Part shown: one piece after another, positions 9,072-19,352 of the stretch
How the letters are laid out: each line of letters begins with the position of its first letter
Position numbering within the stretch: position 1 is the stretch's first letter
Source: an uncultured virus (IMG/VR IMGVR_UViG_3300031851_000011)
Lineage: Duplodnaviria; Heunggongvirae; Uroviricota; Caudoviricetes
Reading direction: 5' to 3' (one strand)
Length of the DNA stretch: 64,000 bases
Virus record (IMG/VR): IMGVR_UViG_3300031851_000011
The notes under the pieces: model-generated
Told to the model about the DNA's origin: nothing
Databases searched by the model: none
The model's input: the letters and a program-made list of their open reading frames with translations, nothing else
Translations under genes and position numbers: made by a program

Positions 9072-11459
9072 TTAACTCAATCTAAACCTATAAAGAGCAC
9101 ATGCGACAGCCGCTGAGCCGCCTGATCCAGATGTGCATTGAAAATGAAGTGTGTCGCCAGCAGAAATAGCTTGTGATACACTTATTGTAGCAGAAGTGGC
9201 GGCAGATAAAGAAACTGTTTGACCTGTCGCTGATCCATTAATATAAAGTTCAATTGTTGCTGTTGTTGCGGCAACAGTGTTGATTGTTAAATCTGTAATA
9301 GCGCCGTCTTTTGGCAAACAAATTCGGTTGTTGCTTGACCCTGATGCACTATTACCAAAGGAGAATACAGAACCAACAGTAAGATTTGCGTTTTCCTCTG
9401 CCCAAATCAAAGCTTGACCTCCTAAAGCGACCGATTCAATTGCTCCCGCATTGTTGTAATAAAGTTCTACATCTTGACCATTCTTTTGGATAGCAAACAT
9501 TCCGCGAGCAAGTGTGCCATCGGCTTCACTGCCAGCAGTTGCGCCGCCGTCAGTTGGTGCGCTTGCACTATCTTCGATGGTCATAGCCACTTGACCATTA
9601 GGATGCATACGAATAGCACCAGCGCGAGTAGTTGTGCCGCTCCAATAACCAGCCTCAAATGTGTTAGCTACTGTGGTCTTCACACGATTACCAAATGCAG
9701 AAGAAGAATCCCCAGAAGCCGTGTTGTAATAACCAAAAGCAGAAGAATAATTTCCAGAAGCTTCGTTGCTATAACCAAATGCAGAAGAATAATCCGCAGA
9801 AGCTATATTGGATGTACCAATAACACTAGAAAATTGACCAGAAGCTGTGTTTTCATAACCAAATGCAGAAGAAGAATCCCCAGAAGCCGTGTTGTGATAA
9901 CCAAAAGCAGAAGTAAGTTCTCCAGAAGCCGTGTTGTTATAACCAAAAGCAGAAGAATAATCCCCAGAAGCATTGTTGGCTCGACCGAAAGCACTAGAAC
10001 CATATCCAGAAGCTGTGTTGAATTGACCAATAGCACTAGAACCGCCTAAAGAAGCTTCGTTTCGATAACCGAAAGCAGAAGAATAAAACCCAGAAGCCGT
10101 GTTGCGATAACCAATAGCAGAAGCAAGTAGTCCAGAAGCTTCGTTGCTATAACCAAAAGCAGAAGCAAGATTTCCAGAAGCTGTGTTCAGTACACCAACA
10201 GCCGTAGAAAGATCACCGCAAGAAACCGCCGCAGAGGCACCAGAGATTGCTCCTGTGCTAACATTGATCGTTGCTCCTGTTTGGTTATTTAGAATACCAA
10301 TTGCAACAGAAGCGTCACCAGTGCTGACAAAGTTGCGGAGACCAAATGCTAAAGAGTTGAGTGTGGATACTGTGTTTCGATAACCAAAAGCAGAAGAATA
10401 ATTTCCAGAAGCATTGTTCAAATAACCAAAAGCAGAAGTAGATTGACCAGAAGCTGTGTTTTGATAACCGAAAGCAGAAGCATAATATGCAGAAGCTGTG
10501 TTGTCTCGACCAAAAGCAGAAGTAACTTCTCCAGAAGCTGTGTTTTGATAACCAATAGCAGAAGAATAATCCCCAGAAGCATTGTTGCCTCGACCGAAAG
10601 CACTAGAACCATATGCAGAAGCTGTGTTGTTATAACCAAAAGCAGAAGAAAGGTCGTCAGAAGCTGTGTTGTTATAACCAAAAGCACTTGATCTTGAAAA
10701 ACCACTTGATGTGTTAAGGCATCCTACTGAGGATGCCGCGAAACCAGAAGCTGTGTTTTGATTACCAAATGCAACAGAAGAATAATTTCCAGAAGCTGTG
10801 TTTTGATAACCAAATGCAGAAGAACCACTTCCAGAAGATGTGTTTTGATTACCAAATGCAGAAGAACCACTTCCAGAAGATGTGTTGTCACGACCAACAG
10901 CAGAAGAATCACTTCCAGAAGCAACCTGCGTTACAGTATCGTGACTACTTTGAATATCCAAAGCCTCACCACCGCGACTATTTCCAGTAAAATCACCAGC
11001 AACAATCGCCGTCCCATCTTTTTTAATCAATAAATTAGAAGGTGTAACGGCGCGAGTTGTATCAGTTGCGGCGTGAGCTTCTGTGTTTGTCGCCAATTCA
11101 ACATGACCTTTTGTTGTGGTAGTTGCGCTAACAGCAACGTGGTCATCAACGTATTTTTTTGTTGATGGATGATAATCTGCGCTTGGTGTGTATGTTGCAG
11201 TTCTGGCGGTATTAAGATAATCGCCAGAATTGAAAGAGGCGATTGTTCCAATATCTGAATCTAATACATAGTTGCCAGTTGCGGCATCAAGAACATTAAT
11301 AGAGGTTCGCAAATCACCGCTAATTCCAGTGATGTATGTTTGCTGTGCAGTAGAAACGGGCTTGTCTAAATCGCTGGTGTTGTCATTTTTGTCTATAAAC
11401 AAAGACGCTTTGATTCCGCTGATCTGCCCTGTTGTTGCTGTTGTAAGTTCTATTGACAT
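9072..11459 (-). CDS. tail fibre/adhesin with YadA-head (Hep_Hag)-like repeats
   Basis: N-terminal fibre motifs (DKPVSTAQQ, STKKYVD, ATTTTKGHVELAT..AVTP) then more than 20 14-aa SSAFGYxNTASG repeats. Confidence 0.85.
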   Translation of the reverse strand: MSIELTTATTGQISGIKASLFIDKNDNTSDLDKPVSTAQQTYITGISGDLRTSINVLDAATGNYVLDSDIGTIASFNSGDYLNTARTATYTPSADYHPSTKKYVDDHVAVSATTTTKGHVELATNTEAHAATDTTRAVTPSNLLIKKDGTAIVAGDFTGNSRGGEALDIQSSHDTVTQVASGSDSSAVGRDNTSSGSGSSAFGNQNTSSGSGSSAFGYQNTASGNYSSVAFGNQNTASGFAASSVGCLNTSSGFSRSSAFGYNNTASDDLSSAFGYNNTASAYGSSAFGRGNNASGDYSSAIGYQNTASGEVTSAFGRDNTASAYYASAFGYQNTASGQSTSAFGYLNNASGNYSSAFGYRNTVSTLNSLAFGLRNFVSTGDASVAIGILNNQTGATINVSTGAISGASAAVSCGDLSTAVGVLNTASGNLASAFGYSNEASGLLASAIGYRNTASGFYSSAFGYRNEASLGGSSAIGQFNTASGYGSSAFGRANNASGDYSSAFGYNNTASGELTSAFGYHNTASGDSSSAFGYENTASGQFSSVIGTSNIASADYSSAFGYSNEASGNYSSAFGYYNTASGDSSSAFGNRVKTTVANTFEAGYWSGTTTRAGAIRMHPNGQVAMTIEDSASAPTDGGATAGSEADGTLARGMFAIQKNGQDVELYYNNAGAIESVALGGQALIWAEENANLTVGSVFSFGNSASGSSNNRICLPKDGAITDLTINTVAATTATIELYINGSATGQTVSLSAATSATISVSQAISAGDTLHFQCTSGSGGSAAVACALYRFRLS
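9690..10920. repeat. degenerate ~42-bp tandem repeat array in fibre gene
   Basis: Recurrent ccagaagctgtgtt..ataaccaaaagcagaag units in two blocks split near 10200-10380. Confidence 0.9.
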
Positions 11460-11574
11460 TGGGTATATTTAAAAAATTAATTTTTATACATCAACAATCA
11501 TTACACCTCTGTATGCAATTGGGGTTGGTAGACTGATGCGTATAAATGTCTTCACTAGTATTTACACCGCATTA

Positions 11575-12177
11575 TTAAAAATATTTGCTATATTCAAGCA
11601 TAACGTTCATATCAATTTTTTCGAAGGTTTTTAAAGGTAAAATTTCTTCAGGCATTTTAGACACTAATTTTGAATTCATTAGGTTATTTGTGGAAGACCA
11701 GTTATTGGTTAAAAATACATATTGATAAAAATAAAAGTAGGCGTTAGCGTTTTGTGCATATTCCTTGTTGTCAAAAAGGTTGTATTTAGAAGAGAAGTCC
11801 AATGCCCTCAATTCACAATCGCGCTCCAATGCTATATACTGTAAAATAGAACGCCAATTCTTCATCTCCCAAGAATCAGAATCCAAAGCCCACCAGAAAT
11901 CATCTTCACAGTTTGTGTATACTGGGTCTTTTTCGACATCCTGCATAAAATGGCAAAATTCATGCACAAAAACCTCGGTGGAAAGGTCGTTTTTAATAGC
12001 GACAACCATTTTTTTAGTGGCATCTTCGTAATAACCACGACACTTGCATCCATCGGCTATTACAGTATTGGATTTTCTGAAATCAAAAATACCGCCGTGT
12101 TCGCGGCGGTATTCATCTGCAAAAGTGTAAAAATTCCTAAATTCTTGGCTATAATCTTCTAGATTTAAGTGCTTCAC
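11575..12177 (-). CDS. putative zinc metallopeptidase
   Basis: HEFCH (HExxH) with downstream LERDCE; GTGTAA 8 nt before GTG start. Confidence 0.6.
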   Translation of the reverse strand: MKHLNLEDYSQEFRNFYTFADEYRREHGGIFDFRKSNTVIADGCKCRGYYEDATKKMVVAIKNDLSTEVFVHEFCHFMQDVEKDPVYTNCEDDFWWALDSDSWEMKNWRSILQYIALERDCELRALDFSSKYNLFDNKEYAQNANAYFYFYQYVFLTNNWSSTNNLMNSKLVSKMPEEILPLKTFEKIDMNVMLEYSKYF

Positions 12178-12206
12178 ATAGTATTTTACACTTATTTTAC
12201 ATGTAT

Positions 12207-12437
12207 TTAATGAGTTAGACTATGCGCCCATTCTTTTATACCCAATTTCATATCAATGATACCGTCAGATTCATATTCTCTCTGGAATTGTTGAAATTCT
12301 TCTTGGTTATCAAAAGAAGTCCAATGAGTCGGTAGGCTTTCATGCTGATCAGATAGATCAAGTATGTAATCAGAAAACTCTGGGCTATTTTCTCCAACCG
12401 CGACAACACCGTTTTTAAATAAGAAGGCTTTAATCAT
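12207..12437 (-). CDS. hypothetical protein
   Basis: ORF; start probably MIKAFLF because TTGACA-like -35 lies at 12470-12475. Confidence 0.55.
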   Translation of the reverse strand: MIKAFLFKNGVVAVGENSPEFSDYILDLSDQHESLPTHWTSFDNQEEFQQFQREYESDGIIDMKLGIKEWAHSLTH

Positions 12438-12497
12438 AATACGACTGATCGTATCGGTTTTCATTGGTTTGTCAATAAAAAAAGTGTAATAAAAGAC

Positions 12498-13097
12498 ATG
12501 GTAGAGTATGAGGAAATTAGGAACGAATTAAAAACTGGTGACATAGTTTTATTTGGTGGAAAAAGTTTTGTGAGTTGGTTGATTAAAAAGATAACCAAAA
12601 ATAAATACTCTCATATAGGAATGGTTTTGAAGATCGAAGGTTTTGATTTTGTCGCTCTTTGGGAAAGCACAACCTTGAATAATACACCCGACATCTTCCA
12701 AAAGAAACGTAAAGGAGTGCAAATTATACAACTAAGCAATAGAATAGAAAACTACAAAGGTAGAGTGGCTATTAGGTTGTTGGGGGGATATGATTTTACA
12801 GAAAAAGATAATGAGATTATTTCAGAGTTGCGGCGCGAGATTAACGACAAGCCATATGAAAAAAACTTATGGAGTTTAGCTAAATCAGCTATTGACTTAT
12901 CTTTTTTCGGCAAGAATAAAAAACAAGATCTAAGTAGCGTTTTTTGCAGTGAACTTGTTGCGGAGGCATATATGCGCCTTGGATTAATTGAAGACAATCA
13001 AGTTTCTAGCGAATACACTCCCGCCGACTTCTCAGAGAAGGGTAGAATAAAAATGATAAAGGGCGTGTTGGGGCAGGAAATAATACTTAAAAAGTAA
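12498..13097 (+). CDS. permuted papain-like NlpC/P60 (YiiX/YebB-like) enzyme
   Basis: LKTGDIVLF, YSHIGM (His) precedes FCSELVAEAY (Cys). Confidence 0.85.
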   Translation: MVEYEEIRNELKTGDIVLFGGKSFVSWLIKKITKNKYSHIGMVLKIEGFDFVALWESTTLNNTPDIFQKKRKGVQIIQLSNRIENYKGRVAIRLLGGYDFTEKDNEIISELRREINDKPYEKNLWSLAKSAIDLSFFGKNKKQDLSSVFCSELVAEAYMRLGLIEDNQVSSEYTPADFSEKGRIKMIKGVLGQEIILKK

Positions 13098-13221
13098 TTG
13101 TTCGCCCAGCGTTTAAATAAGCAACCCTTCAACAACAGGGTGGAACTGAAAACTATCGTTATTAGAAAGAAGGGTTAATAATACATTTATTCCGTTTACG
13201 ATTTGATGTGTAATAATTGTA

Positions 13222-14058
13222 ATGAGCGCCGACCCAACTTTCACAGGAGTTTTCGAAATTTGTCCCAGTAGAAATTACAATTTACCATTTAATTACATTT
13301 GGGATTCTGCAAGTGGTTATTGGCGACCAATGGAGGTTGGCGATATAGGGTCTTACTCTGATAGCGTATCTGCAAAGGCTAGCGATAGAATTTTAAAATT
13401 TGGGTCAAATCCAGATATAGCCATTGGTGTTAGCGTTGCTTCTCCAGAAACTATTTGGGATGGTTCTACAGAATATGTTTTCCCGCCTGATGCTGGAACG
13501 GGCATTCAAGTCAAGTCAGACGATAGTGGAGATTCTCAAGAAATCATTATTGAAGGTTTGGATGAGAACTTTAATGAGGCAAGCTGGACAGGTAGCTTAA
13601 ATGGACTAACTGAGGTGAACGTAGATGGAACTTGGTCTAGAGTCTTCAGGTCGTTCAATAATGACAATATTGATTTTGCAGGAGACATTAATATTCATGC
13701 GAATGGGGACGACAGTCTTTCCTATGCAAAAATACTAGCATCGAATAACCAAACCTTGATGGCTCTTTACACAATACCAGAAAACACAACAGGCTATCTA
13801 CTTCAATACGAAGCTTCGGCGCAAAATACTAGTAGCTCTTCTAGTATCGGATACACTCTTCATTTGAAAACAAGAGAATACGGGAAGGTGTTTAGAGTGC
13901 AAGAAGTAACTTCCATTACAACAGAAAATTCCCATGCTCAAATGTTAACCAATCCTATTGCTTTAGCTCCAAAAACAGATATTTTGGTGAATGTTATTAA
14001 TGCTAATGGAAATAATGGATCTGTTAATGCTGACTTTAGTATAGCCTTACATTCTTAA
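13222..14058 (+). CDS. putative virion structural protein
   Basis: KFGSNPD..ETIWDG beta-rich S/T/G/N-rich sequence; GTGTAA-N8-ATG upstream. Confidence 0.55.
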   Translation: MSADPTFTGVFEICPSRNYNLPFNYIWDSASGYWRPMEVGDIGSYSDSVSAKASDRILKFGSNPDIAIGVSVASPETIWDGSTEYVFPPDAGTGIQVKSDDSGDSQEIIIEGLDENFNEASWTGSLNGLTEVNVDGTWSRVFRSFNNDNIDFAGDINIHANGDDSLSYAKILASNNQTLMALYTIPENTTGYLLQYEASAQNTSSSSSIGYTLHLKTREYGKVFRVQEVTSITTENSHAQMLTNPIALAPKTDILVNVINANGNNGSVNADFSIALHS

Positions 14059-14061
14059 TTA

Positions 14062-14550
14062 TTAAGTTGAATCTTCTTGTGGAAGATCCGAGGGTAAAAT
14101 AAGACTATCAACCACACCCAATAACTGAGAAAATGGTAAATCGTTACCTGTGTGGGAATCAGTTTCCACAAAAAACCTGCCGCCACGTTCAAGAACCGAA
14201 TGGTTGAAAAGCATCCACGATGACCATGTATTAACTACTTCTTCGCCGTCTTCGTTTGTGAATGTCGAATCAGGTAATGAAACATCCACTGCGGATGTTA
14301 CATCATCAATCTCAATAAACAGAGGGAAGCTCGAAACCTCACCACCTTTAGAAACAATCAGTTTGGCGTGGTCGAGTGTGAAGAACTCTTCTTCAATATG
14401 GTAAGTGATATTTGTCCCATCACGGTCGGGTTGAACTCCCGCCATTAACGCATACAGCGCGAGGGGTTGGACTTCTTGGTCAGTTTGTAAAACCGACATT
14501 GGTAAGGTTGCTTTAATCATGGTGTTATGGGGTTTCTGTGAATTTTTCAA
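14062..14550 (-). CDS. hypothetical protein, partner of LamG protein
   Basis: Follows the LamG gene; true start probably MIKATL at 14520. Confidence 0.6.
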   Translation of the reverse strand: MKNSQKPHNTMIKATLPMSVLQTDQEVQPLALYALMAGVQPDRDGTNITYHIEEEFFTLDHAKLIVSKGGEVSSFPLFIEIDDVTSAVDVSLPDSTFTNEDGEEVVNTWSSWMLFNHSVLERGGRFFVETDSHTGNDLPFSQLLGVVDSLILPSDLPQEDST

Positions 14551-17266
14551 CGAGTTCTTTGTCGTCGCCTGTCAAGTCATCCTCGAAGGTAATCAATCGG
14601 TCATTTTCGGTCGATGATTTGAGCCGCATGTATGCCGCGTCATTGGATGCAAAGTCTGTGCCAAATTCGATTGCGTCGAGGTCTGGGTTGTTGTTGGTCG
14701 CTGGTGATGGGTTGTCGCCCTCTGCGATGTTGTATGCGTCTAGCTCGGTCTCTGCGCCGTTGTAGCCGTCTGTAATGGCTGGGTTGGTGAGTGTGTCGCC
14801 TAATACGTCTTTCGTTGGGTCTGATGTATCAGCAGGTATGCGGACACTTTGAACGTCTACTTGAGTGAGCGAATCCAGATCAATGGACGCGCCGTCAATC
14901 TCAAGATCAAAAATAATGCAGTTGCAGAATCCGCTAGCTACACCGTTGACGTTTCTTGCACCGATAAATACGTTGATTGATGTCGAACCTGTGCCGCCTG
15001 TGTTGCCCTTGAATATTCCGTCTTGCCACACATCACCAGTTGGGAACATTTCGACTGTTGTTTTTACTCTAGGTAAAAACGTGAGTGAAACAGTGTTAGA
15101 TGGTTGTCCAATTGTTGCCCCCGCCTGTGTGAGATAAAACCGTGTAGCTGAATTAGCATTCGCTCCAAGTGGTTGCGCTGTCACTGTCGGGTCAGCTATT
15201 GCAAACGAAATCTTGATTGAAGTGATAGAATCAACGGTGCGCCCTGTGTCTGCATAACTGGTTGCGCCGTTGAAACCCATCCGCTTGCTAAACCCGTTAT
15301 TATTATTCAGTGCGTTCGCCTCACCGTCTATCCTGCCAGCCCAAAAGCCCGCGCCCTCTGTGCCTGTGGATGCGTTGTTAATTGTGCCGTGGTTGCCGTT
15401 CCCGCTGATGTCGTGGGCGGTGTCTCCTGCGCCCTCTGTGAGTGGGTAGTGTGCTACATCGCCGATAATAACGCCAGACATGTAGCCGTCACAGTGTCGA
15501 GTTTCCCTCTTGCCTATAAGCAAGCTGTTGCTGTTTGTCGTGAGCGTGGCTGTTGATGCAACTGTTCTGATCTCAATACCATCAACGAAAATCCTAAAAT
15601 GGGTGGCATCTTTTATGCATTGTATGTGATACCATTGACCTGTGGAAAGTGTGTATCCGCTCAATGATCCTACAGCAGTGCCAGAATCATACCCAAAGAA
15701 CCTTAACCCGCCAGTGTAATCAACGGCGTAATTTGTCGTTGTTCCGACTCCTTTTGATATAAAGTTATGAAACCCTGTGTCGTTTAATTTTAAATAAAAC
15801 TGAATGTTTATTAGATCGAGAAAATCAAATGACGTTGAGTTACCACAATTAATGTAATCATCAACCCCGTCAAAGCTCGCCGCGTAGCTGTTTCGATACT
15901 CTGGTCGCCGTGGGTAGACACTGCCGCTGTATTGGAGAGGGTTTCCGAAGATGTCGTTCGTCTGGTCGCTTTCGTCACGTGGAATTATCACAACTGATCC
16001 TGTATCTGTTGATGGTGATTCGCCTCCGACTAGGTTTTTGTGGGCAGAATTTTCCATGTCGACATCCACTTGTAACACGTCCGAATCATCCCATATCTTG
16101 AACTCTTGAAACACAGCACCAGCGACACCATCACCACCAGAGGCACTTGGACCAACCCAAACTTGATTAACTGTTTTTTCCGTTGACGCAGAGTATGTGT
16201 ATTTAGTCATCAATGCATCATCTAGGTAGATATCCCACGTGTTTGATCCTGTTGAGACTATCTCAACCACGTGGTATCCTGCTGGTATAACATCCCTGAA
16301 ATATGTTCGGGAGTTTGTGTTACCACTAAACGTAAGTGTCTCATTAGTGGCTAAACTTGTTGATGAGCCAATCTTAATGTTCATTGATCCGTTGGTTGTG
16401 TTCAACGCGCAAAGCGTTTTACCCGATGTTGCGGATGTAATTTCGTATGGTTGATACCAGCCAACTCTTATCTTACTTGCTTCAAATGTTGGTATTACAC
16501 CTGTGTTAAAACGCACTCGGCTATTAGATGCGCTCAAAACAGTGGCTTTGCTGAATCCCTCCAGATTAAGCCTGTCTGCCTCTGGTGGCAACGTGTTATC
16601 AACGACGAAAGCCGCGCCGTTTTGCAGTGTGCCGTCATTGCCGTTGCCACTGGAGTCGTAGGCGGTCGTTCCGCTGGCGTGGTTTAGGTTGTATTGGTTG
16701 TCGTTTATGATGAAGTTTGACACGCTACCATTCAACCAGTTTGTTGTGCGACTGTAATGCGTGCCTATTGATCTTGCTGTGCTTGCAGATGGGCAAGAAC
16801 CCAATGTTACAGACGGTGAAGCAACACCATCCACCCAGCAAATCAAGTGCGAATTTTCGACAAACTCCCATTCAATGAAATGCCACACGTCCGCTGTGAT
16901 GGTTCCTGCACTTTGTGCAAAGACTACACTTGATCCACCTATGATCCTTAAAGACCCACCAGAGATATATACATAGCCATGATTTACACTATTGCCGTGA
17001 TTATAGATGCCTTGTTGCGTTGTTATCTCGTCAAATTTAATCCAGCATGACCCAGAGAAGTCCACTCCGATGGATTCTGAAAATGAGATGTAGTCATTAA
17101 CCCCGTCAAACTCGCAAACTTGCCCTTGCTGGACTGTTCGCGTTGATGCTGACGCGAGGCTGGAAACCGTTGGGAATAGTTTGAGGATACGGTTGTATGA
17201 TTGCTGTGCGCCAGCAATTACACCTCGGCTTATAACAGATAAGCCGCTTCTCAAAGATAAAAACAT
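14525..17266 (-). CDS. LamG/concanavalin-like repeat tail or receptor-binding protein
   Basis: FDGVNDYI and FDGVDDYI, W(H/Y)H motifs, AYDSSGNGNDGT and AHDISGNGNHGT. Confidence 0.8.
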   Translation of the reverse strand: MFLSLRSGLSVISRGVIAGAQQSYNRILKLFPTVSSLASASTRTVQQGQVCEFDGVNDYISFSESIGVDFSGSCWIKFDEITTQQGIYNHGNSVNHGYVYISGGSLRIIGGSSVVFAQSAGTITADVWHFIEWEFVENSHLICWVDGVASPSVTLGSCPSASTARSIGTHYSRTTNWLNGSVSNFIINDNQYNLNHASGTTAYDSSGNGNDGTLQNGAAFVVDNTLPPEADRLNLEGFSKATVLSASNSRVRFNTGVIPTFEASKIRVGWYQPYEITSATSGKTLCALNTTNGSMNIKIGSSTSLATNETLTFSGNTNSRTYFRDVIPAGYHVVEIVSTGSNTWDIYLDDALMTKYTYSASTEKTVNQVWVGPSASGGDGVAGAVFQEFKIWDDSDVLQVDVDMENSAHKNLVGGESPSTDTGSVVIIPRDESDQTNDIFGNPLQYSGSVYPRRPEYRNSYAASFDGVDDYINCGNSTSFDFLDLINIQFYLKLNDTGFHNFISKGVGTTTNYAVDYTGGLRFFGYDSGTAVGSLSGYTLSTGQWYHIQCIKDATHFRIFVDGIEIRTVASTATLTTNSNSLLIGKRETRHCDGYMSGVIIGDVAHYPLTEGAGDTAHDISGNGNHGTINNASTGTEGAGFWAGRIDGEANALNNNNGFSKRMGFNGATSYADTGRTVDSITSIKISFAIADPTVTAQPLGANANSATRFYLTQAGATIGQPSNTVSLTFLPRVKTTVEMFPTGDVWQDGIFKGNTGGTGSTSINVFIGARNVNGVASGFCNCIIFDLEIDGASIDLDSLTQVDVQSVRIPADTSDPTKDVLGDTLTNPAITDGYNGAETELDAYNIAEGDNPSPATNNNPDLDAIEFGTDFASNDAAYMRLKSSTENDRLITFEDDLTGDDKELVEKFTETP

Positions 17267-17269
17267 AAG

Positions 17270-17524
17270 TTAGGATTTGTAAATCACCGCATCACCAGAG
17301 CAATTAACAACAGAGAACTCACCAAGAATTAAATCTCCTTGAGGAATGATAGCTCCAGAAATATCGTTTATATTGCCAACGGTTTCTCCTAATACAGTAA
17401 CATCTGAACCAAGGGCTTTAATAGCCATATAGTCTCCAGTATTAAGAGATACGCCAGTTGTGTAAACACCGCCAAATGCGCCAATGCTTTTTAAAAGAGT
17501 TGATTGTGGGGAAGAGTCAGCCAT
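17270..17524 (-). CDS. small structural-like hypothetical protein
   Basis: 84 aa, GTGTAA-N8-ATG upstream, first gene before LamG. Confidence 0.65.
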   Translation of the reverse strand: MADSSPQSTLLKSIGAFGGVYTTGVSLNTGDYMAIKALGSDVTVLGETVGNINDISGAIIPQGDLILGEFSVVNCSGDAVIYKS

Positions 17525-17578
17525 ACTATATGTTACACAACAAGTGTAAAAAGACCAAAAAAAACCCCTATAGCAAAA

Positions 17579-18694
17579 TCAAATTTTTTCGTCGATCACA
17601 AAATCTTTAATAGACAAAAATTCCTGTGCGTTTTCGTGGAAGCTATCCCAAGAAGGGAGGTTGTCCTCATCGAATTCGTCGCTTGCGAAAGAGGCACTGG
17701 AAGTTATATCACTAACACTTTTCTTAGACCACATTTTACAACTCCAATAACGTGGACTGGTTTTGTCTTTTGCGGTATCGCATTTATGGCGCGATCTAAA
17801 ATTACGACGGCGATCAGGGTCATCTCTCTTGATCTCCATGTTTGGATCGCCAAATTTAACCATTATTGTATTACCTGTTTTTGGGTTTTTAACATAAACG
17901 CCAAACTTCTTTTTGCTACCAGAAGGTAAGCGAAATGGCTTATTTAATTTCTTTTTTTCCGCCTCAGAGTATTCTAAGTCTTCTGCTTCTTGGTTATGTT
18001 CGCTAACCTTCAGACCAGCTTGAATTAAGTCAAGCTTTGCAATCTCAAGTTGAATTTCATTAAAATCAAGAAAAACATTTGCTTGGTCTTCCATGTAATA
18101 TTTTTCAGAACCCTTTGCTACATCCTGATCGGCGGCGCGATAAGATTTTTTAACCTTGCCGCCCCTAACCATCTTAAGAAACATATTTACTCGCGCCATT
18201 GCCCACTGACCGCGTGTCTTGTTAGGACGGTGACTAGAACTAAACGCACCTGCACCACGACGATAGATTTTTTTAAGTTGAGAGAGTGATACTTTTTTGG
18301 AATATTTGGCGTTATGCTCCTTGACTTTGTTTTTTAGAGACTCAGTAACCTTGGCTGAAAAAGTAATTGATTTACCGCCCTTACCTGCTGATCCAGATTT
18401 ATTTTTACTAGAACCCTTTTTCTTTTCTGATGGTTTGGCTGGAGTTTGAGCGGCGCTTTTGCGACCAGATCTTTTAGCAGACTCAGATTCTTCTGCGAAA
18501 TCACTAAAGGTTATTTCATTACCATCAGATTCAACAACCACTGAAGCCTTAGATTTCTCAGCATTCCATTGAGAATTACAAATCGCGGCTCTTTGTTTCA
18601 CATTAGGAAACTCTTCAACCATTTTTGATTCTACCATACAAGAAGAAATAAAATCACTCTTGGTTTGTTTTTTTTGTGGTTCAGGAAGTGGCAT
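17579..18694 (-). CDS. multi-domain basic phage protein (QWAMARVN domain plus YWSC C-terminal domain)
   Basis: N-terminal FISSCM..QRAAIC; YRRGAGAF..QWAMARVN; VKFGDPNM..NFRSRHKC..RYWSCKMW, resembling DUF5824- and DUF6321-like modules. Confidence 0.6.
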   Translation of the reverse strand: MPLPEPQKKQTKSDFISSCMVESKMVEEFPNVKQRAAICNSQWNAEKSKASVVVESDGNEITFSDFAEESESAKRSGRKSAAQTPAKPSEKKKGSSKNKSGSAGKGGKSITFSAKVTESLKNKVKEHNAKYSKKVSLSQLKKIYRRGAGAFSSSHRPNKTRGQWAMARVNMFLKMVRGGKVKKSYRAADQDVAKGSEKYYMEDQANVFLDFNEIQLEIAKLDLIQAGLKVSEHNQEAEDLEYSEAEKKKLNKPFRLPSGSKKKFGVYVKNPKTGNTIMVKFGDPNMEIKRDDPDRRRNFRSRHKCDTAKDKTSPRYWSCKMWSKKSVSDITSSASFASDEFDEDNLPSWDSFHENAQEFLSIKDFVIDEKI

Positions 18695-18732
18695 ACTATA
18701 TTATACACAAAAAATTCTATATATGGTAGAGA

Positions 18733-19275
18733 TTACGTCCATAATGAGTTGTGATGCTTTACTATGATTTGCATAGCCTCAATATCCTTGTCTGATAAGA
18801 TTATTTCCAGTCTCGTAACTTCAGCATAGCAAGTGCTTTCTTCTTCGGAAAGCGGATTCATGCTGTAATTACCATCTTCCGTTTTTGTGAACATATCACG
18901 AATGCTCTTGCTCGGAGGGTATGCATCGTCGAGCTTCTGCTTTAACTCTACTCTACCCTCTTTGATCCATTTGTATGCTTTAAGTAAATCTTTATCGATC
19001 TTCATGACATGATCAACATACTCTTGAGTAACATAACCGAGTTTTAGCTCTTCTTCGTATATATGACCAAGAGGGTGAGTCCAATCGTTTTGGGTTTCGA
19101 CTTCAACATAATGAACAAGACACTCGAATAGCATCCTTGGAATAAGCTCTACCTTGTCACAATGCGTATCTGGAATAACATCTGTCAGCCATTCTTGGCT
19201 GGGACTAAAGAAGCACTTAATTTTATATACAAGATTTCTCCAAAAGTATGTGCTGAATATTTTTTTAATTTTCAT
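18733..19275 (-). CDS. hypothetical protein
   Basis: 180 aa ORF. Confidence 0.7.
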   Translation of the reverse strand: MKIKKIFSTYFWRNLVYKIKCFFSPSQEWLTDVIPDTHCDKVELIPRMLFECLVHYVEVETQNDWTHPLGHIYEEELKLGYVTQEYVDHVMKIDKDLLKAYKWIKEGRVELKQKLDDAYPPSKSIRDMFTKTEDGNYSMNPLSEEESTCYAEVTRLEIILSDKDIEAMQIIVKHHNSLWT

Positions 19276-19352
19276 TTGATTGTTTTAATTAATTAAAGTA
19301 AGCAACAGGATGAATCCACTTATTACGAAAAATGCAATTGTTAGCCTAAATC

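Noticed and set aside
9690..10920. CRISPR array or DGR template/variable repeats
   Set aside because: Units are in-frame 42-bp coding repeats with no unique spacers; no Cas or reverse transcriptase in the window
9474..11472. Alternative-frame ORFs over the fibre gene
   Set aside because: Shadow ORFs produced by repeat periodicity
13125..13178. AACCCTTC..GAAGGGTT inverted repeat as ncRNA
   Set aside because: Only 8 bp with a long unstructured loop; insufficient support
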